Shown here: positions 34,354 through 48,838 of the stretch, piece by piece
How positions within the stretch are numbered: position 1 is the first letter of the stretch
Layout of the letters: each line of letters starts with the position of its first letter
From: Guillardia theta CCMP2712
Lineage: Eukaryota > Protista > Cryptophyta
Reading direction: 5' to 3'
DNA length: 64,000 nucleotides
NCBI RefSeq assembly: GCF_000315625.1
Contig: NW_005434604.1
Coordinates: 124,001 to 188,000, forward strand
Notes under the pieces: generated by a model
What the model saw: only the letters and a program-made list of their open reading frames with translations
Database searches by the model: none
Told to the model about the DNA's origin: nothing
Made by a program: the position numbers and the translations under genes

Positions 34354-37300
34354 ATGGTGCTTATGGAAGCCTTTGTTTATGGATCCTCCTTTGCGTTGAT
34401 AACATGGCCAATGAGGGAAGGTCCTGCCATGAAGGTACCGCAATGTCCTTCGGAACAGCGTGCTCCTGAATTGACCTTCCACACAGGCCATCGTTATCAG
34501 TGCTGCCTGCGGGTTGACGTACTCCTTGTATCGCAGAGTCTTGATCAACCCCAACCTCGGTTTAGACCCGAATTTGCTCCTTCTACGGTTTGATGATTTG
34601 CTGTACAGCGAGGATTGAAATATCCAAGGAGGGCGTGTACGATGTAAAGGACCTCGTCGCCCCGTGAGTTTGACTCTGCTAGATTGATGGGCAGTGACGC
34701 TCATGGGATGATAGAAAATGCGCTGGCTGGAAGCTTGTTCTGTTCGAAAAGCTTCTCAACGTGATACTCTTGTACTTGTCACCTTAAGGCCTTGATTGAA
34801 TGCTCGGTGATTCCAGTTACCGTTAATTGGAGATTTCTTGAAGTCCTTGCTACTCTACAGGCAAGGTCTCACGCAATCTGTGCAGGACAGTGACAAACTT
34901 TGTATCGTGTAGACAAGGAAGCTTCAAAATCAGAGCTCTTGCGGGCAGTCTGAACATAAGAGCCGTTTTCTATCCATATCATTTCCCGACGGCACACGTA
35001 AGGAAGGTGATGGATGGCGGCTATTGAATGTTATACTTGCAGCAAGTCGAAGAGGCATCCTACTTTTCCACAATGAAGAATGCCGAGTGGCTGTCAAAGC
35101 TGCAAAAGGAAGAGAGCAATAAACGGGAAAGCACAAATGACTTCAGGTCCATCCAAGTTGATGCGTGATTCAACGGTTGACTCTCATGAAAGATATTGGA
35201 GCTCATCCGATTATATCGCAGCTTATGAAGCTGGCTGCACTGATCCTGTTGAGGTACTCAGGTAATCGTTTTCCCTGAACTACTCTTGAGCATGTTCAAG
35301 GTCGTTGAACGCATCCTGGAACTAATCACACGCGCGAGGGGTGAAGAAATTCCATTCAGAGCATTTGTTGAGGTATCTGAATAGCTCATGATGAGTCAGT
35401 CTGACGACTTACTTGCAGGTCAACGAAAGTGATGCTCTGGAGCAAGCCTCCCAGAGGTGCCACCTGGGCTGAGATGGTGTGAGGTCGATCTGAGCTCTGC
35501 TACCAGCAAGCGAAGGTGGGAAGAAGGCAAATCACTGGGCCCCCTCGACGGTGTTCCCTTTGCTGTGAAGGACAACTTCAACGCTGTCAACTACACGACA
35601 AGTTACGGAACCTGGTGCCTTGACGTTGATGCTGATCTCACTGTCTGATGCTGCCGGGAAGCTTTCTGGCAGATGCCCTGGGTGTACAGCTGCAGGATTG
35701 TACTCCCATCGCACGCATGAAGGCAGCAGGAGCCATCCTTGTGGGAAAGACGGGTGAGAGCAGAGAAGAGGGAGACGAGAAAGGAGGAGGCAGGGGGGGG
35801 GAAGAAGGGAGGAGAAGACAAAGGGGGAGGGGGAGGGAGAGCGAGAGGAGGAGAAGGAGAATGGGATAGAGAAATATTGACTACGGTGTAACCAGGCATG
35901 CATGAGCTCGGACTTGGAACCCTCGGCACCAGCAGCGTTGCTGGTCCCTTCAGGAATCCTCATAACATCAACGCCTATTGCGGAGGATCTTCGACAGGTC
36001 AAGCCCCCCCCCCCCCCCTCCCCTCCTTTTGCCCTTTGCTTCTTGCCGAGCAGAAATTGGAGCTGCAGGTTCGGCTGCTGTTGTAGCAGCTGGTCTAGTG
36101 CCCATCGCACTCGGAGGCGATGGAGGAGGATCGGTCAGGATACCGGCCAGTATATGCGGCGTCTACGGGCTGAAGCCGACACATCGCAGGATCCCCAACA
36201 TCAGCGTAGGGAGGAAGGAGGAATCTCGAGCAAGTCTGACAGATAGCCAGGGGTCAGGGATTGTTGACAACTCGGTTGTTTGCATTGGCCCCATTGGCGC
36301 GACTATCTACGACATTGCCCTTGCGTACCTTGCGGTATCCGGCGACGATCCGACGGCGGGAAACTCTTTGATTGTGATTGATGATGTTCGTAAGTCGAGC
36401 AGACGCTTACTCTGGTTGCATGCAGACCCCAAAGCCGCATGTCTCTGGCTTTGAGAAGATCACGAATCTCAGTCAGTCTCTTTGAGTTAGCATGAGCCCT
36501 GTCCCAACCTGGATGGCAGGAGGCGTAAGAATCGGAATCTTCAAGTCTTTCTTCGAGCATGCGGACCCACCGATAGTCGAGGTCTGAGATCCCTCCCCTT
36601 CCGCCATCCGTTGATGTATTGCCCGCCAGGCTTGCTACCAGCAAGTGAGAACGCTGGAGCAGCTTGGAGCACAGGCACAGCAACTTGCTTGTGTAGCAGA
36701 CGCAGTAGATGAAGTTTGACAGGTCAAAGACGTCGTCATCTCAAACATGGACACGATCCGGCTTGCTCATCTCCTGACCATTGCGACTGAGACCGGGCAA
36801 TGTATTGAAATGTTCGAGAAGAACAACAGGATGTGATGCTTCTCTCCCCCTGCCTACCTGCCGTCTTGCTGATGCTTGTTAAGCAGTGAAAAGAGCAAAA
36901 CCATGGGAAAGTTCACGCTGGAGAATGAGATTCTGCTCAACGTTTGCAAACAATGCACTGCATACGATTACATTGCAGCACAGAAGGTGGAAAACCTCTC
37001 TCGCTTCCTTGATGACAAGCTGACAGGTCAAAGCATTCGCGGTCGAGCAGATGAGGAAGATGTTTGAAGAAGTAGACGTCCTTGCTCTCCCTACGTGAGT
37101 TCTGGCCCTCCGGATCTTGGAGAGGAGGAGGACATGGGAAGAGAGGGAGGGAGGAAGGGAGGGAGGAAGGGAGGAAGGGAGGGAGGGAGGGAGGGAGGGA
37201 GGGAGGGAGGGAGGGAGGGAGGGAGGGAGGGAGGGAGGGAGGGAGGGAGGGAGATTGTATATTTGCCTCGGTGTGAGAGAGGAAGGGGAAGGTGGTGTGG

Positions 37301-38178
37301 AATGGTGGTCGAGAGTGAAGGAGTTTTCATCAGATGCGCCGTAACGGCTCCTGACATGAGGGCTGAAGCCATTTCCCATGGCGAACTGGACATGCAAGTC
37401 TTGGGAAGACTTGGAAGGTGCGGAGAGAAGAGACAAGAGCGAGAATGATAGCCAGGAGGGCGAGATGCTTTAAGATAGTGCGATACGAAGGATTAGCATG
37501 TCAAGGGTAGGAGAGAGGTTGGCAGGCTGGTACGAGGGAGAAGGGAGGAGTGCAGAGAGGATATGGGAGAGTAGGAGGACGCAGGAGTGGGGAGTTACAT
37601 GGACTGTAAAGTCACTTGCTCGAACAGGTTCTCTAGCCTTGCAAACTTCGCCGGTCTGCCTGCAATCTCCGTCCCTGCTGGGTTTGATCAGCAAATGAAA
37701 CCGATAGGCTTCCAGGTGACGGGGAGGAGGAGTGGCGAAGGAGGAGGTTACCATGGCGAAGGTGGAGAGGACAAGAAGATCGGGAGGTGGACAAGAGAAA
37801 GGGGGGAGGAGGAGAAAGAAGATGGGGAGGAGGATGAAGACGATGGGGAGGAGGAGGAAGAAGATGGGGAGGAGGAGATCGTTTGAGCCAAGGGGAGTGA
37901 AAGAAGGAATTCTGAGCATCGTGATTGGTTGATTTCGTCTTGCAGCTCATGGCAAACGCGTACAATGAGCCGCTCCTGCTTAGATTGGCAAACTCGCTCA
38001 AGGATTCAGTCAAGATGCGAAAGCCAGCAGGTGAAAAGAGGGGGAGGTGGACAAGAAAGAGAGGGGGAAGGGAAGGGAGAGGGGGGGGGGTGGAAGAGGA
38101 AGTGAAGGGGGGTGTAGCTACTCTGAACCTGAACGCGATACTCCAGGATATTTCTACGGGGATGAAATTATTCTTTGA
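34354..38178 (+). CDS. Amidase-signature enzyme, fatty acid amide hydrolase-like, multi-exon (start uncertain)
   Basis: [30 protein letters not shown]...[49 protein letters not shown]. Confidence 0.9.
37142..37253 (+). repeat. (GGGA)n tetranucleotide tract within an amidase intron
   Basis: Seen directly in the sequence. Confidence 0.95.
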
Positions 38179-38312
38179 AATCTGCGGTATACACTTTAAC
38201 GGCACGATTAGCCGCTAATCCAAACTCCTTCTATATACAGAACCTCCAAGTGTTCCTCCTCCTCCCGCTCCTCCTCAACTCACGCGTGTAAGCTATCCAT
38301 CCTCCTATCCAT

Positions 38313-41137
38313 CTATCTATGGACCTTCCTCGCTTCAGCCAGTAGCTCGGTGATCCCCTGCACCATCGTGCTCCGACGATCGTGAGTTGCCTGTGTCAAC
38401 TGTCAGACTGGAACCCAGCAAAGCAGCAGGAGCCACCAGGAGAATTTTCTGCCCCTCCTGCAGAACATCCGCAGCTTCTTCGCCGCGGCCATCATCAAAC
38501 TGACTCGCACAGTTCAGTCTACTTCCTCCTCCTCTGCACATCCACCCAACCCTCCTCACCATTCTCCCATCCTACCCCATCATCAACATCCTCATCCTCA
38601 TCCTCATCCTCATCCTCATCCTCATCCTCATCCTCATCATTCTGTCAGTCCTCCCCTTTCGTTCTTCCTCCTTCAATCATTCTCTCCCTCTCCTCGCCCA
38701 CGCTGCCAAGCTCAGGTCTTACCAGCAGGTTTCCAAGGGTGTACAGCTGCAGTCCCAGCAGAGGATGTAGAGGGGGGTAGATCCCCCGGTAGCCTTCCAC
38801 GACTTGTTTGCACGCTCGAATCGCAGAGTCCATCATTCCGAGCTCGATGGAGGCCTGCGCTGGAGGTGAACAAAGGCAAGATGCGCAGACGAAGGAGGGA
38901 AGCAAGGAGGATCGGGAAGAAGAAGGAGGAGGAAGGAGGAAGGTTGATTCTGGGATCGGGCAGGAAACAGCGCATGAGGCCACTAGGAAGGACCAAGAGG
39001 ACACCTGAAGCATCTTTGACTTGACGGATAGACGGTCAAGGTCGACGTTTCCTCTGTCCGCCAGCACATTCTCGTCAAGATCTTTCAACCTGCCGGCACA
39101 AATCAACGAGGGGAAGGAAGCGCGAGTCCCTGCCACCTGCTCAGTGCGTGCTCGATCTCCGTCCTCGAGCCAGCAGCTGCCAGCAGCTGTAAAGTAGTCC
39201 TCAGTGCTTGTCAGCGGAGATGAGACCCTGCCCGACTGACCTCCGCTGCTCTGTCGCACTTCTCTGTGACCTTACCATCCCGAGCTCCCAATCTGCAGGT
39301 ACATGTTAGGGAAGACTTGCGGGCAACACTGACTAACTTGTTGTCTAGTTCCTCCGGGAACTTGCAGCACTGGCAATCGCAATCGAAGTAATAGGTCGAT
39401 TGCAGCTTCTCTTTCCTCTTTGGAGATATCAGGGTTCATCACGTTTCAGTAGAGAAATGTCGCTTTCTCACCGTCTTCGAAACTGCCGCAAGATCTGATG
39501 CAGTCGATCAGCAAGATCAAGATCAACATCAACATCAACATCAACATCAACATCAACATCCACATCAACATCAAAATTAAGAGCAATACATGTCATGTCG
39601 TATGGAATCAATACATGTCATGGCATGCCTTAATCAAGGCTCCTCACCGATGTACGAGTGACATATATCTTCGCCGACTTGAATGTCTTCGATGCACCGA
39701 AACTCCTGAAGAAGTGAACAAGATGTCAGTCAGTCTCGCAGCAGCCACACCCTGACCTGCTCGTGCGTCTCGGGGTGGTAATAGATCACACAGTTGGGCT
39801 TGCACGAATGGTTGAGAATCGCTCCAAGGGGATATACTCCCATGCCATGGCTGACGATGAGATCATCCCAGATCTGCCGAGCAGCATGCTGTGAGCAAGG
39901 CAGCGAAGAAGCAAGCAGGGGAGGGGCAGCAGAGTCAGGGAGGGTGAACGGCAGGCAGTCATCTCCTTACCGAGAAGTTGTTGCATGCGAATTTGCACAG
40001 GACTTTGAGCAGCTCTTCTTCTCTAGTGCATTCATGACATCCCTTTACCACCTCCCTCTTTTCCTCTCACGTTGGTTTCAGGCTCCAGTCCAGCCCCTTG
40101 GGCGACCGCGCCTGCAACATGTCAAGCAGATGTTCTGCAATCCTGACGATTTCTGAGAGCACAGTTACGAGAGGAGTGAAAGAATGAGATTGTTTCCTTG
40201 CCTTGGTTCCCCGCAAACTCCTGTGCATTCGACTTTCTCATCTGAGCCATGTGATCTATCATCGCCTTCACGTCATCGTGGTCTGCGCAAGATCGTTGGA
40301 CAGGAAACATGCATACTTGTACTATCAACCCTGAACATAGTCGTCCGAACTCATCGCATTTACAGCTTTTCCGCTCATGAGCAAGATCGCAATTCGGATA
40401 ATGATGGTAACATCGATGTAAACGCTGGAGGGAAGAGACCCGAATCTGTCTTCAAGCTCGCGCTGTGCCGCATCAGCATGAAGCGCATCTGAACGCACAG
40501 AGATGACCTGCAATGAGCATTCGTACTTGTGACTTCGTTTCCATGCTCGCGCTTGACATTCTTTGCCGCAATACCTGTACATTCGTCATACCCCCCTCGT
40601 CCCCAGGGGTTGACCTGGTGATCTTGCAGGAGGAGCATCGGAGCAGGCTGATTCCTTCTGCCGGCCTCCTGAAGCACTCATTGCATCGCTCCTCTCTGAG
40701 CTCAGGGAAAATCTCGAAGGCATACGGCCTAGATCGCAGAACCGTGTCTGCAAGCAACAAGGTGACAAGGGGGACTTGTGCGGGTAGCGGCTACCTCCTG
40801 GTCTGAAGGCCTTCAGAGCAACCAGGTGACTTCCTTTGTTCTCCGTGGAGCGAACACCCACCGAGAAGCTCCTCTCAAGGTATGCGTCTCGATGTTGAAA
40901 CTTGTCCATCAGGACGGCAACAACCAGAACGACAGGTACGGACAAGGAACCGTGAGGGGATCTGAGCTTTTGTAAGTCTCCCTCCTCCATCTCCATGTCT
41001 CCCCTCCATGTCTGCCCTCCATCGCTCCTCTTCCCCGCTCCCCCCCCCCTCCCCTTCTTAACCTCTCGCGTTATACTTCCCCCCCCCCTTCCTGTCCTGC
41101 TCTGCTTGTGATGAGACTCGTCATGATCGTGCTCCAT
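38313..41137 (-). CDS. SMYD-family SET/MYND lysine methyltransferase, multi-exon (start uncertain)
   Basis: KGSHLVALKAFRPG. MYND finger CNEC...CSSC...YCGKECQ...W...HKYEC. GIYPLGAILNHSCKPNC, post-SET YYFDCDCQCC, and C-terminal YPPLHPLLG. Confidence 0.9.
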
Positions 41138-41517
41138 GGGGGTAGCACACCTTACCCCTACATTCCTGGAGTAACAGAGAGGAAAAATAAGGGTGGGTCT
41201 TGAAAATTGCTGGGTAGGGGGTGGTATGTTACTCTGGGTCTTGTGTGGTCGCAATGCAAGGACTTGGAGTCAGGTGTGATGGCGGCGGAGGATGAGGAAG
41301 ATGCTGAGTGTGATATGATGCGGAATACGAGAGAAGACGATATGCTCTTTGCGAGAGTTGACATGAAATCAATTCGATGAATCTTCTTCCATCGAAGACT
41401 TGGAGGTGAACGGATTGTACCATTCACGACAGACCTCGCTGGAACACCGTTGATGCACAAAGATGCGTTGTAAGGGACCGAGGTTCACTGTTGTACTTGT
41501 CATGATGTTGTACATGA

Positions 41518-43755
41518 TGAGTAGCAACGAGTCGATGCCATTGCGGAAGAAAACTTTACCTGCCCTACCGCGGAAAACTTCACCTGCTCGATCGACACCA
41601 CTCCGCAAAGCAAGCAAGCTGAAAACACAAGTCGCTGTAAAGAAAAGGCTGGGAAGACGAGAACGGATGAGGAAAACAAGGAGAGTCAAGGAAGCGAAAT
41701 CTCGCCATCCTCCTCCTCCTCCTCCGATCCGGAGGTCTTCAATTATTTTCAATAGTCCAGAGGATCTCGAGGGGAAGCGAGTGTAATTTGTTTTGTGCTC
41801 ATCTCAATAGCATAGTGACCATTAACAACTCTCGCAGCGGAGATGTAATGAAAGAATACCTTCCGACGATGGAAGAACTTCGGGAGGCCTTTGTGGCGTG
41901 CGATGAAGGGAAAACCCTGACGGAGCACCAATCATGGTTGATTGCCACTTTCGTCAGTCTAGAGGACATGCCCACCAAGTATCACCGATTCATCACCGAC
42001 GAAGAGTACAAGAATCATCAAGTTTCGGTCTGATTGCTCCTCGCCAATGACCTGCATGACTGACAGCATGCAGTACGAAGAGAACCGGTTGATCTTGGGG
42101 TGTGGAGATTTCGTCAACTGCGAGTTCTGTCATGTAACAGAGTCATGGACTTCATCAACGACCCTGATGCTCTTTTAGTATCGCTACAATCGAACGAACT
42201 GGCAGAAAAGGCCCGAAGAAGAACTACCCCAGGTCCTCCAACCCTTCGCATGCGTATCACTTATGATAAGCTATCGTCCAGAACCTCACACACTACTATG
42301 ACATGGCTCATGACAACCTGAAGATGGTATGGTATGAACAGGATGGCAACAACGCTCTGACTTGCGATCAGCTTTTGGAAAAAATGAAGATAATGTTTGA
42401 GAATCCGACAGATGAAGGTGCGTGCTTCTCCATCGTTAGCCCCGCGAGCGATTGAAACCTTGGGAGATTTCGACTTCAGCAAAGAGATACAGCCAGTGAA
42501 AGAGGTGAACGCAACTTTTGAGCGATAGAAGCCTCAAAACTTGTTCAGATGACGGACTATGATGCCAAGTGAACTTGTCGCCGTGTCTGAGACGTTGATT
42601 CTGAAATCAGCTGTCACCCTCCCAGGATCAATATCTTGAGCCGGCTGTATGACTCACGGTCCATAACAGACTTCAAGTTTAGGCAATCCTTGGTGTGTTC
42701 CCCTTAGTCATATCAACAAAGTTACTGTCACAACAGGCGCACGTGATGAGAGATCCGAAGGTCATGAACTGCAGCATCTTGCAGCTCAAGCAACACGCTG
42801 TAAGGTCTGCCTACAGCGTTTGAATCTCTTGTATACCCTCACCCCACGCCAGGATTCGGAAACGCATGGCACGCAGCATGCGTCATGTAACGTCCAAGCA
42901 ATGTCAAGGTTGCCGGTGACGTTGTCCTCACAGAGAACGCTTGTTCCAGGAGAAGTGGTATCAGTGTTGGTAGATGAAAGAAAGTCTGTCTCTCGGGCTC
43001 AAACGGTTTCAGGTGACCAGCGTCAGACCCTATGGAGCCATAGTCCATATCTTATGCGTAATCCCTCAAATCGCTGCCTCTGCCTCGATGACGATGCCGA
43101 ATGTAGATCGAGAGAGTGGGGCTGGTGCATCTGAGAAACTTGGGACGTGGTTTCGCTGTCTTCAACGGCACAAAGATCCAGGTTAGAAGGTTTGAAGTCC
43201 AAGGGAACTGTCGGGTGACGAGTCAGGAAGATATACAGAGGTTCCAAGGTGATCGAGGAGATAACCAATGGGTTGATTATGAATGTTACGGTGATTTCGG
43301 TAAGGAGCTCTAGTTTGCACTCTCCAGTGACCACTTTACACCGACAGGCGAACCCGATTATGCGATATCAGTTCGAGTTGAGCAGGCTGGGCGTGGAAGA
43401 GCACATAGACAAATGGGTGCAAAGAGACAAGGAGGACCAGGAGATGAGGCTTGAGGCGTGGCAAGCTTTTCAAGAATGGCAGAGAGCAGAACGTGATGAT
43501 GTTTTCCTTGTTTGTCGAGGTCTTGCTCAGTTCTTTTCTTGTTCAGTCTTAGAACTGGAGGAAGAGGAGAAGAAGAAGGAACGCCCCAAGTTCAAACCCG
43601 GGCAATGGAAACAGAGGTATGGCATGCGGTGTTCTTGCGAAGATGGTTAACAGGAGGACCAGACACAGGCTCCAGAAAAAGAGGGACGAGAACGACATTG
43701 TTACAATGGATCAAAAGGTGATCAGCGGGCTGGTAACAGGCGAGGAAGAATAAAG
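41518..43755 (+). CDS. Hypothetical protein(s), multi-exon, with a basic N-terminus
   Basis: Protein-like exons (41463.., 41788.., 43249..) separated by ~50 nt GT-AG introns. No family recognised. Confidence 0.45.
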
Positions 43756-43969
43756 AGATCTTTGCGAAGAAGCCGGAGACAAATTGTTTGTGAGCAGTCT
43801 GTGAATGAAGAAGGGAGCAACTTCTTCAGTTGCTCCCTTCAAAGAATGCAGAATATCATTCAGACGTTTCAGCACATTCTCCAGCTGTTGTGCAATGTCT
43901 CAACCGATGGTTCTAAGTCACCGATTCTTTTATATCATCATCAGATATTTCTCATCTACTACATAACAT

Positions 43970-44576
43970 CTACATAGGCAAATCTGCTTTCACTTCGCGT
44001 CTCTTACCCTTCCCCTCTTCTTGCTTGTCCCTGTCGCTTTCAGTCTCTGCAAGCTCACTGATTGCCTTCACTGCAACGCCGTCGGGCTCTCCATCGATCT
44101 GTCAAACTCATCACTGCGAGGACACATCCATGTTGCCTCCACACACCTTGTAGCGAAACTCAGGACCAAAGTTGTACGTCACTTGTCCACCCATGTACAC
44201 CGAGGCTGCAGGATAGTATTTGCCCGCCTGCACATCTCTGAACGCGACCCCCAGGTCCTCCCCGTTGAGGTAGAAGCGAACGCAGCTTCCAACATGAATC
44301 TCGACTCCAACATCAGTATCTTCCTCCTTCACGTCATGACGTCAGTAGCGTCTTCAAGTAGCGTTCCTCTTCCCTCCACTCTGCATCCCACACCCCTTCC
44401 TCTCCTATCGACTACCTCTCTCCTCTCCTCACTTCCTCTGTTCTCACCAGGTGGTACTCAATCCCTGTATCCTTCCAGATCAGCGTGTCTGTCGCCGTCG
44501 GGAGCTTTTCTTTGCTCAGCTTCTCCTTCCCTTTTGCATTGCTCAATGATTCCTTGCCCCGGCTGATGCTGCTACC

Positions 44577-44607
<31 letters not shown>

Positions 44608-45488
44608 TCTTTCCCATGCCCATCGACGCTGTTCTTCATCTCCATTTTCTCATCATTCTGCTTCTCCTCCTTCCTCTCCAGCTCCCCTTCTTCGTCAGGC
44701 TTCTTTCTCATCGGCAAATAAATGTAACAACCCAGCACGTCTCCCTTGGTCAAACTTCTCCCGTACGCCGCCGGCAATCGGGCATGAACGACGGAGCCTT
44801 TCTTGGAGCAGTACGCGTAGCCGAAACGATCGTATCCCACAGGAGCCTGTACGAACGCTCCGCTCCTCGCCCATCCAAGCCTACAGTGACCCTCTACCTG
44901 CATGAACCTCTCCTCGATCCATGGCGGATGGAGATCCTCCCGCACTGTCGCCTCACAGTACCAAGCGCCCTCCCGGATTCCATGGGTCGCACGGATCAGA
45001 CGGTATCCCTTGCAGCCCGAGACAGTCAAGTTCGAGTCTGCAAGTCGCAGCTGAGGAGCTCTATCGTAGGGAGAGAGCATGACGCCTCGGGGATCAGGGA
45101 TGACCGGCGTGAATCGCCATGAAGGAACATTGAAAGGCTGCTGTAGGGCAAGGTCCCTTTCCACCTGCTCCTCAGGCTTGAGCTTCTTGACGGGTGGTTT
45201 CGCTGCAGCCTCCCCATCCCTCCTTGATGAGCGTTTCGCTGTTTCTCCCTCTCCGTCTTTGATGCTCCTCCTCCTCCTGTCCTCCTCCTCCCCCCTCTTC
45301 CTCTTCTTCTCGTCTTCCTCCTTCCCTCCCTTCCTCTCCTCCTCCCCTCTGTTTCTTCTCCCCTCCAGCTCCTCGATCTTCTTCTTCCTCTCCACTTCTT
45401 CTTGCTCCTCCAGATCTCCTTTCCTCCTCAGCACGCTCTTGAACAGCGGCAGCCCAGTGCGCGGCCGTCGCTCTAGCGCTGTAGCCAT
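43970..45488 (-). CDS. ASH2L: Set1/COMPASS subunit ASH2L/Bre2/TRAUCO-like SPRY protein
   Basis: DRAPQLRL...KGYRLIRATHG...GAWYCE...HCRLGW...QAPVGYDRFGY...GDVLGCYIYLP...FYLNG...YYPAASVY...NFGPEF. Confidence 0.88.
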
Positions 45489-45566
45489 GTTTGGCAGCGG
45501 GACTGAACTACCCTACCCCACTGTCACGAAACAAGAAATACCCCCGCATCCTCCTTACGAAATACA

Positions 45567-48500
45567 ATGGCGGGAGATGGGAAGCTTGAGGTGATGGGGA
45601 GGAGGAGGAGGAGGAGGAGGAGGAGGAGGAGAGGAGGAGGAGGGAGAGGCGATGATAATGATGATGGTGATGACGATGATGACGATGATGACGATGATGA
45701 CGATGACGATGATGACGACGACGACGACGACGATGATGATGGAAGCTTACAATCTGCTTCAGGACGAGCTTATCCGCGAGTTCTCCGGGGAAGATGATAT
45801 GCGCAAGGCAACACACCCTAGAGATCTAGCAGACAGTTCGACCTCTGAGTGACGAGCGACGGCAGGTGGAGCTGCTGGTGCTGAGAGGACTTGGGCTGAA
45901 GGATGTCACGGCACTGAAGAACGTCCCCTGCTTGACTAGCCTGTCGCTCTCGCACAACAGCATTGAAGGCATAGATCTTGCACCCAGTATGTTTGTAGCT
46001 CCTCCTGCCTCTGCATCTCCTGGCAGTGAACTTGGCCTTGACAGATGCACTCCCGCACCTTGTCGAGATGAACATCAACAACAACATGTTGACCTCGCTA
46101 TCATGGATACGATGCTGCCCAAAGGCGATCCCAACACAAATCATGTTGAACATAAGAGTAGTGATGCTTTTCTGAGCAGATTGAAAAGTTGTATGCTTCT
46201 TGCAACAAGATCCAAGGTTGAATCTGAGGCTACCTCATTGTCGTTCGTTGTCATCACTTATATCATCTTGGGCAGATGTGGATCCTCTTGCAACTTGCGA
46301 ATCACTAGAGTTTGTAAGTGATGATGTTGTGTGATGAACCTTTCCCCCTTGACAATCGCCTAGATCGGATTGCATGGAAACAATTTAAAGGATCTCGATT
46401 CATGTCTCAAGGTTCGTGGCAATTTGTGCTCTTTCTGATGCGTTGTCAGTTGTCTAACGATACAACTGGCAGATTTTGAAGGGATTGCCAAGGCTGATCG
46501 ATCTCGAAATTGACGGCAATGAATGTTCTCTTGTGAGTGGCTACAGGTTTTCATCCCCTTGCAGAGATTTATCCTCATCTTTTTCTATCAGACACGTTGT
46601 GATCGATCAGTTGCAACAAATCATGCGTCTAGATGGAACATCGATCCTGTCAGCTGACCGCGAGAACGCCCGGTGAGTAGAGGTCCCCTGTGATACCGTC
46701 ACCTGCAATGATTTACCACGTCTGCTTCCTCAGGAACATTCTCAAGTTCAATGAGCGACAGCCCACAGAAGTGAACAGCAACAGGAGCTCACGGAATGAA
46801 CAGCATGTGAGGTCAGGTTCGCACTGTGAACGAGATGTTGACGATCGTCAAGGACGACAACGACAATGGGGATGACAAAGTTTCTTTCTGGACGCATTCC
46901 GAAATTGATGTTCCTCCTCCTTCCAGCAGACCCAGCAGGTGACATTTGATCAAACCGACCATTGCTGCGGCCAGGATCTGCCTTAGCAACCCTTTGACAT
47001 CTACCTTAGCGCTCGTCGACCTGCTACCTCTCACCAGAATTCAGCGCAGTATCGCCTATCAAACACCAACATCTCGACTGAGTGTGTCAGCACCACTCGC
47101 GTACTCTGGTTGCTGATTGTGTTTACAGCGCAAAGCAGCTCTCAAAAGTGCTGGCGGGTGAGAATCTACATGTGAGGGTGTTGTCGACTCTAACAACGGA
47201 TGCAGCAAAGTCGAGTGAATACCTTCAAGGCCCTCAGAAGAAGATGATGGCAGGGTTGAACGAAGACGAAAATGCGCAATCAGACTCGCAGATGTTCAAA
47301 GTGACGGAGAACGCAAATTTTCTCAACTCGAATCCTATCCTGTTGGAATATCTTGCTGAGGTGCTTGTGTTTGCGTTCTCTTTCCCCTCCCTGTCTCATC
47401 GGGCAACTACAGGCTGCAGCGGGTGAAGAAGAGGAGGAATCTGTGCCAGAAGATGTAAATCATAAGGAGGGGGGCGAGGCTCAGACAATGCTAGAGAAGA
47501 ATTTTGTATCCGATGGAATCATGTTTGTCGACTCTTCTGCTCCTAATGCGAATGGTCACGCTCATCATAATGGTTTCGACGATAACTCAGCAAGTCACTC
47601 GATGAGGCATGACAGACCGAGCAGTCGACGAAGGGTAGGGTTTGCAAATGAGCTCAGAAAGGTGACGTCGGCAATGTCTGCAGTGGAGGCATTTTCAATC
47701 GAAGAGATTGTAGAGATGATGAATGTGAGGATCCTCCTTGCAGATTTCTTGTTTACAATCTCACACAAGTTGTTGAAATCCAGACGGCCAAGCATGCAGA
47801 TTCTCAATCGCTGGGAGAGATGCTGAGTGAGTTTGCAATGGGCACAGCGGGTCAATCTCCTCCGCAAACCAATCAGCGACCAACCAACAAGAGTGATGAG
47901 ATGATCATACGGAGACTTTTGAAGACCATCGAAAAGTTGCAGGTTGTATTAATGCTTGTGTGAGAGCAAATTTACAGAGTCTGCAGAGCAAGCTTGCATT
48001 GCTTGAATCGGGGAGCATGCCTCAAGAGGGAAATGTAAATATTGACAGCTTGAAGAAAGAAATTGCCACACTTAAGATAGAGAACACCAACATGTGTGAT
48101 GTGAAGTTGGAAGAAGGAGAGTGATTTACCCTGTTAGGTATCATTTGCAAGAAGAAAATGTTTCTCTCCGAAAGCAGTTGAAAGAAATTCATGAGCGATG
48201 GAACGACAACAAATTGTGCGAAGGCCTCTATCCTCCAGTTGGGGTTTGATGTTTGTCTTGCCAACAGGAGGGAGCAAAATTCGAGGTTGAAGACCCAAGT
48301 CAAGCACTACAAGGTCTGACTTGCTTCACTACTCTTGAATGTTGATCTTCCGATTCCTTCACCGCAACCATCAACTTCCCAATCGCGGCTGACCAAGCTC
48401 TGCTTGACTCGAGTTGTACTCAGGCACAGTGTCAACGTCTTCGAGAAGAATCTGCGAAGTTTGGAAGGCCGATGACATCAGCAGGTGAGAAGATACAATT

Positions 48501-48838
48501 GGAGATATGAAAGAGGAGAGCCGAACCATAATCGATGCTACGCTAGTGAGAATGGCAAGGACGATAGAACACAGAGGGAATGAGGAAGAGGAGGAAGAAG
48601 GGGGGGGGAGGGGGAGGGTTGAAGGGATGTGAAGGATGACTGTTCGTCAGGGGTTCGGGCACGTGAGAGCAGAGAGACAGAGTCACTGCTAGCAGAGGTG
48701 ACATCCCATCTAGAGCATCTATCTTCTCTTCCATCCTCCTTTTTCCTCTTCTTCCTCCTCTGCCTCTGCCCCATTGCCACTCAGAAGATATCAGGTGGAC
48801 GAGTACGACAGCGAGCTCGCCGAGCTTGTTCGACGTAA
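45567..48838 (+). CDS. Leucine-rich-repeat (SDS22-like) protein with LRRcap and a C-terminal coiled coil, multi-exon
   Basis: Spliced MAGDGKLE/DELIREFSG..., then LTSLSLSHNSI, LVEMNINNNML, LIDLEIDGNEC...YR/HVVIDQLQQIMRLDG. Confidence 0.75.

Noticed and set aside
37082-37448. (GGRE)n and (SLPP)n repeat ORFs
   Set aside because: They are translations of the intronic (GGGA)n tract.
45600-45745. Poly-Arg/poly-Asp or poly-Met/Thr ORFs
   Set aside because: They are better explained as a microsatellite-filled first intron of the LRR gene (GT ~45591 to AG ~45762).
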